From Octopus vulgaris (taxonomy: Eukaryota), in contig OX597822.1 of assembly GCA_951406725.2 (NCBI GenBank), forward strand, positions 5,332,001 to 5,396,000: DNA of 64,000 bases, written 5' to 3'. Below the pieces are notes generated by a model. It saw only the letters and a list, made by a program, of their open reading frames with translations, was not told the DNA's origin and did not search any database. Both the position numbers and the translations under genes were made by a program. Positions within the stretch are counted from its first letter, which is position 1; every line of letters begins with the position of its first letter. Below are positions 52,971 through 64,000 of the stretch, one piece after another.

Positions 52971-53799
52971 TTGCTTATCCAAAACATTTTCATATTTTGT
53001 CTGAAACAACTATGCTTGTTTCTAGACTTTTAGTTAGTTAGTCCTTGTTTCATACATTCTGAATAACACAAAGCTTTACTTTAAATACCAAGTTACTCTG
53101 GAGGTTGAGAGATAATTGGGAATATGTATCATACATATATGAAGGCATATGGCTCAGTGGTTAAAGCATTGGGCTCACAATCATGAGGTAGTGAGTGTGT
53201 TGTGTTCTTGAGCAAAACACTTTATTTCATGTGGCTCCAGTTCACTCAGCTGTAGAAATGAGTTGTGAAGTCACTGGTGCCAAGCTGTAACAGCCGCTGC
53301 CTTTCCCTAACAACCTTACCTGAGCTTGTACTTTAGAGGCGAACTTTCTTGGTGCAATCCCATGGTCATTCCTGACCGAATGGGGTCTTTACCCTATGAT
53401 GCATAGAAGCCAGGGAAATATGTCCTCATTTCACATGTGGTACACAGGACTGGCAAAGAGTTAAAAAACAAAAGAACTAAAATCAACAGTTTACTAAAGG
53501 TGACTGTAGCTATTCAACCAGGAGTTGGCTTTGATCCAACAGACCTATGACCAAAGGTATTCAAGTTGTAATGATCTTTTATTTACTTATATTGTTTTTA
53601 GGAATAGTGTATCCAGTCTATCCCTGTTTAAGATGACAGGGTATGATGTAAGGAAGATTTTAGCTACTATATTTAGCAGGCTGAGTGACAGCCTATAAGG
53701 CTTGCTTTTGGCCTAAGCTACTTCAATGTGTATAAACAATGAAAAGCATTAACCTATTTGTCAATTAAATTATACTAACAAGAAAACAAAATACACCTG

Positions 53800-53832
<33 letters not shown>

Positions 53833-54934
53833 CTACACACACACACACCTACACACATATATACACATACAAATACAGACACTGGTTCACATGTTTTATA
53901 AAAGTATGAAACCAGAGATGGGTGAGAAAATAGGATGTTATGCTATTAGTACCTTTCCCAAGAGCATTAATGATCTGAATGAATAAAATAAAATAGATCC
54001 TAGTAATAATAAAATCAGTTTGAAGGTAGAGAGCATTATAATGTTTAGATCTATGGTGTCAAAAGTTACCATTTAGATGTTAGTGACTTCACTAACTAAT
54101 TGAAGCAGCTAAATAATCCAATAACCTACTTTGTGAAATGCTAAGAGCAATGCATTTCATAGAATTCCTAAGACAATGTAAGCTAATTAGACAGGAGTTT
54201 TATATATTGATATTTGTTCTAATATAACAGTTCACAAATGCTTTTTTACCCTTTGAAAAGCTGAGATTGAGTTTAAAATCCCAGGAAAATGTCTAAATAA
54301 TGTCAGTAGCTAGGAAAGGAAAGAAGCTTTATTTATGGTTTACTCTAGCATTTAAATTACTCTGTCAAATATGATGCTTATTTATTCCCATTGTTTTAAA
54401 TTAATCATGCAGCTTCAAGATTTCAATGGTGTGAGAGGCTAGATCTGGCCAGTTTGAGCATAAAACATTTGAGCCAGATATGGCCAGTTTAAATGCTAAA
54501 AGCTTAATAGGCATTATTCATCACAGAATCAAACATAGGTTTTATTACTGTTAGTACCAAATACCAATGGCTTAGTTGGCAAATTAGTAGGTCTAAATGC
54601 TAGATAACCGACAGTTAATGTTAACTTGGGGTTATTATTTTAAAGCAAGTGTAAGAATAACATTACAACATTTACTGATTGTGGAACTTGATACTGAATG
54701 AGATCTTAAGATGAATAAGCCTGTCACAGTCAAGACAAACTTTGACAAACAGATATGAATGCACATTTTAATATTTCATATCACAATCAATAAAAGACAT
54801 ACCAGTAATATTTTCATACTTGGACTTATTTCAATTTACAGCTGCATTGCAAATCAAGAGAGTTAGTTGTTGTGGGAGTAACAAAAATAAGTCAGATTAG
54901 TGTTGCAGATAGAGCATTTGATAAAATATTTCAA

Positions 54935-55084
54935 GGCGCAGGAGTGGCTGTGTGGTAAGTAGCTTGCTTACCAACCACATGGTCCCGGGTTCAGTCCCAC
55001 CTTGGGCAAGTATCTTCTACTATAGCCTCAGGCCGACCAAACCCTTGTGAGTGGATTTGGTAGATAGAAACTGGAAGAAGCCCA

Positions 55085-55125
<41 letters not shown>

Positions 55126-55365
55126 TATGTGTGTGTGTGTTTATATGTTTATGTGTCTGTTTGTCCCCCCAGCATCGCTTGACAACTGATGTTGGTGTGT
55201 TTACGTCCCCCGTAACTTAGTGGTTCGGCAAAAGAGATCAACAGAATGAGTACTAGGCTTACAAAGAATAAGCTCTGGGGTTGATTTGCTTGACTATAAA
55301 GGCAGTGCTCCATCATGGCTGCAGTCAAATGACTGAAACAAGTAAAAGAGAGAGAGTAAAGAGAG
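54935..55365 (+). mobile_element. SINE family A, followed directly by a family C 3' end
   Basis: Head at 54935; tail abuts family C sequence 55365-55590. Confidence 0.9.
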
Positions 55366-56026
55366 AACCAGCGCCATGTCAAAAGCACCCAGCAGACACA
55401 CTGTAAAGTGGTTGGCATTAGGAAGGGCATCAAACTGTAAAAACCAAACCAAATCAGACTAGAACCTAGTGTAGCTCTCTGGCTTGCTAGTTCTGGTCAA
55501 ACCATCCAACCCATGCCAGTATGGAAAATGGACATTAAAGGATGACGAAGATGACAACAATGATGACAACAATGACGATGATGATGACAAAAATTACCTC
55601 AAGATTCTGAGTTCCTATTCCATTAGAAGATATTTTGAATTTATCTGTTTAGTTAATAAAGTAAGCACCAGGTATACACTGAAATAAAAACATGTCTGGG
55701 GAAAATAAAAACTTATTATACTATCAGTGATTTTAAATATTCTATATTTTATTTCCTATGCATGTGAAATAACTTGAAGTTATCTTAGAAAAACAGACCC
55801 ATCAGAGATGATAACTATATCTAAAATACTAACAAGAAATAAATTTGACACAAAGGATGCTTGCATGTGTAAAAAAAATATGCTTATGTATCACCATTCA
55901 AAGTATTAGTGAAACAACTATGTCTAGTTGTATAAAAACATAACAGGCAAAGTAAAACTTATAAGAAAATAGGAAATCTCTGGTGCAAAGATTTCAAAAT
56001 AACAAAAAATAACTCAGTCTTAAAGC

Positions 56027-56057
<31 letters not shown>

Positions 56058-59000
56058 GCTATATCCAAATACATTGAACTACTTAGTTTCATATCTTATA
56101 AGTTTGCCTTCAAATTCCCCAAGAGCTGATCATTCACTGTTCAGAAAACACATAACTAATATTTTTTTTTTTATTAAAGAGATTAATACAGTTGAACAGA
56201 ATTATGGGAAATATAAGCCACACACCCTTATTTTGTATGTGGATAGATCTCTTTAGATTGCAGCTAGTTGTGACTAAACTAAACTAAACCACTTAAATTA
56301 CAATATATGAATATTGAACAGGAATGTATTTATTAAACGAGAATCAACAGAAATTAAATTCGGGGCTACTTTCAGCTACTCCAGGATTTTCATAGCGACA
56401 AAATGTCTAGAACTTCATGCAACTTTGGGCTTAGGAAAGAAGAATTACAAGAAATGGACAAGTTGGATAGAAAAACTGACAGAGTTCAATCAATGAATGG
56501 ATTACCATGTTGTTTTATTTTTTTCGTATTATTCCCATCAGCCAATTTATTCAGCATGATCAATAACATCATTATTTTAAGGCCTGCAGAGACATCTTGT
56601 CAAAATGGATAACATATTAGATTCCTTGAGTAGGATCATGATTCTGTAACCTATTGTGCATTGTGTTGTGTTGTTTCACTGGACAGGAGAGACTGAAGCT
56701 TGCAGCCTTAGAAAAGTAGAGTTAAAAAGTTATGTTTGGGTCATACAACCAACCAGGTGTACAAATTGCATTCCTATATGTTATCGCCATTGCATAAATT
56801 TTCAATTACTTTGTTTTTGCTACATATAGCCATTATTTTCAAGTGACTGATCATGATGTTTCACAATATATTTCTCTTGATCAGAAATTAGAAGAAATGT
56901 TCTTGTATCAAGGAAAAAAAAAAAGCGAAAACAAACAAACAATTTTAAAATTACATGGCATTTGATGGGAACTGAAGATATACTGCTATATAACTGCATA
57001 CTTAATGGTCCTAGAGGAGAAGAAAATAAACCCTAATTCACTAAAGTGTTCATGCTTCAGTACTGATAATAACTTTTATGACAACAATGATGATAATGAT
57101 GATGGTGGGGATGGCGTCATATAGATTTTTATTTTGCCTGTTTTTACTCTCAAATATGGCCCTTAAAGATATGTTTCTACTGCCACAACAGTTATAAAGA
57201 TTGAAGATAAATATAATATATAATGCATTAAACTTTTTCTAAGAGAGCCAAAATTACTATTTCTTATTTTTAATGAGCACAGAATTTTCTTGGCTAAACA
57301 GCATTTTTTTCTTTTTATATATACTCATAAATCTAAGTAACACAAGAAAGCAGTTTAAATAAAGTTTAGTGTTAGATAATAACCATGGAATCTAGAAACT
57401 TTTATTTTAGTATTCTTAACATGCTTATTTGTTTGTTTGTTTTTTGGGTTTTTTTTTAAGAGCTCCACTACCAACAAGAACATTCAGATTCCAATTGATT
57501 ACTGGATAACGGGAGTGTCAGAAAGTAAATATTTGTGTTTTCTACTCATGAAGCCTAAAAACGATGACGACACCAACACTATCATAATAATTGCATGATT
57601 TCTTTTATAGGTATTGCTTTAAATTATTTAGGGAGAATATAAAATAGAAAGATGAGTCTTCTTTGCCAAAGAAATAATCTAAGAGAATCAGTTCTTTCAG
57701 GGATTGAAACCAGAAAGTTTTATGTTTTGTCACATTAGCCTTAAGCATAATGTCTCGAGGGGTTTTATTTTCTGATGCTTATTTACATCATGATTAAAAT
57801 TGAATAGTTAAACCAACTATGGAAGGAGGTGGAATTGATAACACTTGCTGAAATGTGGAATACTGATAGAATTAAATCTATCACATGCAAACCTAGAACA
57901 TAAACCTAGAAAATGATCTCCAATAAGGTCATATCAATCTTGTCTTCTTCAACATTATAAAAACACAATCAGTAAAGATATAATACAATTAAAACCCTTA
58001 AGGTCACTACAACTGTTACGCCTCATAATCATTGATCCTTTCTCCTGCTGATCTCATACCTACAGCATAACGAAAACTACATCAACCAAAGACAGGCTTT
58101 TCTATTTAGAACCAGAAAATCCTTCAGCTGTCAACAGTTGCTCATTCTCTACAAAGCACAAGAGAGACTCACACTGGTATACTGCTTCTATTTCTATAAT
58201 GACTAAAACCCACAGGAACAAGAGCCTTAACTCAATGCAGTGAGCTATGAAAATCTTATCAATTCTAAACTTTCGCCACTTACACCAGTTAACTATGCTA
58301 ATCTATTTGCAGTTAGGTATACTCAGTCACAGAAATGCTCAAACTCAATAATAGGATAAGAACTGTTAATCTTGCAGCTGTTTCTCTTGCATGCTATCAA
58401 CTAAGCCATCTTTGGTTCTGTTTGAAGAAAGAACAATCCACAAAATAGCACAGAAAGAAAGACAAGTATGTAAATATATACACCCATGTTGCCCTTGGCT
58501 TTATCAATCATGCCTATAGTGCTTATTAACCATCTCTTGATTTCTCACTTCTTTTCAGTTTCACAGTTCTAAGCTACTGATGTCACTAAGAATAGATGTA
58601 TATCTTTTTTCACTAACCTAAACAATGCTTGCAGTGTGTAATGAGCTAAAGACTTACCTGACCCTGTCTGCAACACTCCACATGCTGAGGTCTGCATATA
58701 CTGCAGAAAATATCTAGTATCCTCACTGTTATTCACTCTCACCATTTGTTCATTTCTTGCCATCCACCACACTCTCTCACTTATTCTTGCCCTCTCTATT
58801 GCTGGTGCTATGACAGAATGTACCCACCAATGAAAACCAAGACAAAAATTATATTTATGAGTGACATGTAGCCCCCAGGAGAGCAAAAATGGACCATCCA
58901 TTCATACCAGCTTGGAAAGTGGACATAAAACAAAGACAAAAATGATGTTCATACACTGATATATGCAAAAAAAAAAAATACATACAAATATAAGAAGAAA

Positions 59001-59585
59001 TCACAGAATGTGTATTATGACTAGAAAACATAAACAACTATGAAAAAAAGTCTAGGCTATATAAAGTAAATATTTTTTGTTTTACTTTTTCCCTTTTGAC
59101 TGGTAATAAATATATGAATGCATCATAATCTTGATGATGCTAATGTTGTTTTGGTATAAGATCAGACATTTTGAGATGAGAAGCAGTTGATTTAAAGAGT
59201 CACAATACCCGAATGATATTTAAAACAAAGGAAGAATTACATCTACATTCTTGTTGGTCTTTAAGACTTCATCTCTCTCTATCTTTGAACAAACTACTTG
59301 GATATATGTTTTCATATCCCTACATACTTTTCTTCTTTTCTATTTCTTTCTATTTTCATTATCATGCATGAATGTGTTCTGTTTCTTCATATTTAATAAC
59401 AAACATTTCTGATATTTCTTACTCCCTAAACCCAGAACAAACAACACTGCTACATGTATTTCCATCACTCACACACGTTTTTCAATAGAAAACTAATTGC
59501 ACTATGTTCACTCCTGTAATTCAGCACACTCCTCTCTGTGCTTTCCTTCGATTTCAGCAGGAGAGATTATAATGAATATAGACAC

Positions 59586-59586
<1 letters not shown>

Positions 59587-59650
<64 letters not shown>
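59587..59650. repeat. (TAA)n microsatellite
   Basis: Direct reading. Confidence 0.95.
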
Positions 59651-59952
59651 CTCCATAGGAACAATGTAAAATAAAAGAACTGTCAGTATAGAAACTGTAC
59701 AAAGGTGTGGTAAAATTATGTGAAGCAGACCATATGTAATTAAAGAGAAGGTTTTACAGCTGGATACCTTTTCTGATGTGAACCACTAATTTAATAATTT
59801 TTATCTAACTGCTATAACCTAAAGCCGAGGTGAAAAAACATGAAGTAATCATGTGATTAATAATTTAGATGAAATATTCGGTTCGATTACACACACCGCA
59901 AAATACACATATATACGTACGCAAGTTCATCCTATCTCTCTTTCTCAGTATG

Positions 59953-59984
<32 letters not shown>

Positions 59985-61779
59985 TACATATATACACACA
60001 CACACATATACACCCACACACACTTATACACCCACAAACATATACATATATTGTTTAAACATTTTCATTAAAGTCATACAAATTAAGTGAAGGGTGATAA
60101 ATTTTCATGAGAGGAAAAATAACAAGAGAAAATAAATTCTATTTTAATCTATAATATTGATATATTAATTGATTTTAGAATTTTCAATTAACAAACATTA
60201 CAGAAATTTATGCACAGTAGAACAAGTTCTTGAAAGTTAAAAAAGAGTAAAGGAGAGGGGAGATTTTTCCAAAATACTTTTGTTACAAAATAGTTTTGGA
60301 AAAAGCAATATATTAATAAAAAGGAAGACAAAAAGGAGAACAGTGAAGTGCAATGTCCTATATATAATATATGCCTATAGAACGGAGGTTCTCTACCTTT
60401 TGTCACTCAGCACACCTTTTACCAAATGAAGCTTTAGAAATTACCTACCTTCCTCATGTTTTACAAAAGAATAATAAATGAAAAAAAACAGCAAATTATT
60501 TTAATCAAACAGAAGCTAATTTTATGCACTGATTTATCATTCATATTTTATAATGCTATCCTATCCAACTTGTTTGTGTGAACTAGTACCTTCTAAGTTA
60601 AATTTTTATGGTTATCAAGAAGGCAAAACGAACTTTGTCATCAGTTATTTTCTGTTCATTGGTAGCAGAATGTCCAACTCATTTTCTAATCTTGACAAAA
60701 ATTTCATTTTGAAAATGTTTTCTAAATTTCTATTCGAAAATAAAATCTCAACCCCTCTGAACATACCCTCAGCACTCATTTGACATTTGATGCCCTCCAA
60801 GATGGCACTGTCACCAAGGTTAAAAACCACTACGATAGAATAATTATAAATCTGAGGATATGAAATCTGAAAAGTCCATAATGTAATTATTACATGTTAT
60901 TTAAGAAACTATGCAACATGCTTACAAAACTGAAAACATTTTCAACAGGAAAGTTATCAATTCAAAACTAGGATATAATAGATATAGGAAGAACATTAAA
61001 TTTGATACACCTCACTAAATATATTGAAAGGAGGTCATTATTAATGAGTTCTTAACAGATTAAATTTGTTTCTCATATGTAAAAATAAAAGATATAAAAA
61101 TCACCCAGCCCAAGAATCTCATTTAAATGAAGTAACTATACATTGAGAGAACAAAGTAAGATTTCTGACCAATTATTTTTAATAAAGTAGCCAGTTGCTC
61201 AAGCAAAGATGATGTAAAACACAGTTGTCTTTCTTTGTTTTCTGTTTCTATCATGTTAACTCTGAATAAGGAGTCTGCTTGAAGTGTTGGCTATTCCACT
61301 CTCCAAATGCAATTTTACTGTATTCTTTCTATCAGTTTTCTTAATAATACTAATCTTGCTGATACAGACCACAATCAGTTTCCTTGGTCATGAATTTGAA
61401 CATACATACAGCCCTTAAGATAAACCTAAATGCCAACACAGTACCAAGCACTTTACTTATTACAAGACTACTTTGGTGACATCAGGGATTCCTATTTCAC
61501 AATTAGGTGGAAATCACTGGAAAGTTAAAAGCAGCATCTCTCCTAGTACCTCTGACAACATGCAAAGCTGTAAAAACTGCCACACCAAATGAACATAGAA
61601 AAATGGACAGTTAGAGAAATTAACTTTAAAGCAATGTTTGTATGTCTTTTCAAAAAGAAATATTTTTATTTATTTGGTTTTTTGTATCATTAAATTTAGG
61701 TGTGATATGCCACTAACTATCACTGATTTGTGTGCTTACTCATGCCATTGTGAATATATATATATATACATATATATAT

Positions 61780-62920
61780 AAGGAAAATAGGACAAGGTAG
61801 AAAATGCTAAAATAATTTTATCATGAAGAACATTCTAGTACTGGTTTCAGTCTTTGCGACTTCTTCAACTTAGAAGTTGAAGAAGTCGCAAAGACAATTA
61901 AAGTGTAGAAAAATAAAATGAAATGTTTCTTTTTTCTAAATATTTCCATAGTTTTCAAATGCAATGGTTTAATAGTATTGTTAGAATTTTAACCAAGATC
62001 ATTAAAATCTCAAAACTATAAGAATGTGAATAATATGCATTACATTTGACAGTGATCTAAATGCTAAAGGATTAAGACTAACTTCTCTTCCTCCAACAAG
62101 TCATAAAATATCTAGTTTTCAGGTCCACCATTTTCAACTGAATTATTACCCACAAATGTAAGCATATGCATACATATATAGACTTTCACATAAATGTAGA
62201 TGAAAATGCTGACTGAAAAATAAACTTTGATCCAGTGATACCAGTGCAATATCTAAATGTCATTTCATGCAGATGTGTAACGTTTGAAATTTATAGTGGA
62301 AGGGGAAACTGCTTTGTCTCATTTCTTTAACGATACAAACCTGAAATATTTCATAGTTTTCAAATACATGGAGCATTTTCCTTTTTTTTTTCTTTCTGTC
62401 TGTTTCTCTCCCTCTCTCTCTCTTTTACTTTTGTGAAGGCTCCGCAGGTAGGTAGTAGCAGGTCTGAAGGAATATTTAATATAAGGGATATGGGTTCTTT
62501 GTTTTGCTGCTTAAACAATCAAAACCAAGAACCCACATTCCCCATATTAAATATTCCTTCAGACCTGCTACAACCTACCTGCTGAGCCTTCACAAAAGTA
62601 AAAGAGAGAGACAGAAAAAAGAAAAATGTCCCACGTATTTGGAAACTATGGAAATATTTTTTTTTAATATTTCATTTAATTTTTCCACAATTTAATTGTT
62701 TGTCATGCTTTACTTAAGTTGAAAAGTTGCAAAGTCGGAAACCGGAACTAAAATGTTCTCATGATAAATATTTTAGTACCGGTTTCAGTCTTTGCAACTT
62801 CTTCTGAAAAACAATTAAATTGTGGAAAAATGAAATGAAATGTTCTTTTAAAAATATTTCCATAGTTTTCAAATGCAATGGTTTGGTAGTATTGTCAGAA
62901 TGTTAACCAGGATCATTAAA
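61780..62920. mobile_element. Complex of overlapping palindromes with hammerhead-like motifs
   Basis: 22-bp-arm hairpin 61850-61895; imperfect palindromes 62344-62659 and 62638-62875; direct repeat 61897-62005 / 62814-62920; begins after (TA)n. Confidence 0.75.
61830..61875 (-). ncRNA. Minimal hammerhead motif, second family (degenerate)
   Basis: Minus strand TCTAAG-TTGAAGA-AGTC-GCAAA-GACT-GAAA-CCAG-TA-CTAGA; the sister copy at 62770-62806 has the palindromic ACCGGT stem III. Confidence 0.6.
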
Positions 62921-63751
62921 TATCACATTAAATATGTTATTTCACTGATTCTTGAAAGGATAAAAGGCAAAGCTGACCTGGGCAAGATTTGATCTCAGTG
63001 TTGATAGTAAGAACAAATACAGTGAATCTTTTTGTTCAATGCTCTAATAACTCTGCCAATTTGCAGCTTTAAAAATAGGAGCTCATGTGGGACAAACATG
63101 AGATCACTAGAGACCACTCAAATATATTTTCCTTCACACATTCTCTGTGAAAGTTAAACTGATGGATTATTAGCTACAGAATTATGAATTGAAAGCCTGG
63201 TAATTATTGTGTGTTGTAGATAATAGCTTAATTAAAAAAAGATGCACTCCTACCACACCTTCTCCTACAGTATCCAATGAGCAATTATTTAAACAGTATT
63301 TAACTCTCTAAGAAAGATGCAATACGAAAACACCACCAAACCAGGACAAATAACAACAAATCTGCAACTTACTGTAAAAACTGCCAATGAAAATTAGTAA
63401 GACACATTACTTTTAAGATATGTTTGTGTAAAGTGTAACTATCCATGTAAAAGTCTCAGGTTTGGTGGGAAGAAACAATGAAATCTGCTAGACAATATCA
63501 TTAACAATTAAAGTTTAAACAGAATGTTAGTTCAACATATTCAAATCTCCCCTGATCTGATCACTGCTCAGAAAGTGACTGAGTCACTATTCTAGTATAT
63601 AAAGCTACTGACAGAAGTAAAATATTTGAATATTTGATGCAAATAGTAGTTCCCATTGCAAAAGGATCCGGTGAAGTAATTCAAATGAACAGATAAAAGC
63701 AAATGAAATCTCAGGTGTTGTATTGTCAAACACTCAGTAAAAATATTTGTA

Positions 63752-64000
63752 GGCGCAGGAGTGGCTGTGTGGTAAGTAGCTTGCTTACCAGCCACATGGT
63801 TCCGGGTTCAGTCCCACTGCGTGGCATCTTGGGCAACTGTCTCCTGCTATAGCCCCGGGCCGACCAATGCCTTGTGAGTGGATTTGGTAGACAGAAACTG
63901 AAAGAAGCCTGTCGTATATATGTATATATATATATGTGTGTATGTGTTTGTGTGTCTGTGTTTGTCCCCCTAGCATTGCTTGACAACTGATGCTGGTGTG
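63752..64000 (+). mobile_element. SINE family A, cut by window end
   Basis: Head GGCGCAGGAGTGGCTGTGTGGTAAG and body match to 20791. Confidence 0.92.

Overview
AT-rich animal genomic DNA, almost entirely intronic or intergenic. The SINE and microsatellite repertoire resembles an octopod cephalopod genome (inference from repeat types, not a database match). No intact host gene is evident, and most listed ORFs are microsatellite or repeat artefacts. Protein-coding remnants are all from transposons: a GC-rich CR1-type LINE (16.3-19.4 kb, one stop plus one deletion) with a second 5'-truncated copy, a full-length decayed mariner, a mariner fold-back derivative, a Penelope-like element (Cys-rich linker plus GIY-YIG), and fragments of RTE and R4/Dong LINEs. 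Non-coding repeats include several SINE families, a non-autonomous Helitron, TTAA-flanked MITEs and tandem repeats. The most interesting signal is a set of minimal type I hammerhead ribozyme motifs. They lie inside long fold-back elements sitting in (TA)n tracts (35.8-36.3, 49.0-49.4, 61.8-62.9 kb) and in the 3' region of the Penelope-like element (42.3-42.4 kb), suggesting a Penelope/hammerhead fold-back retroelement system. Also notable: a ~205-bp direct duplication exactly bracketing a SINE, and a candidate spliced terminal exon that could encode a CaaX tail. Repeat boundaries are approximate unless a TSD or terminus is quoted.
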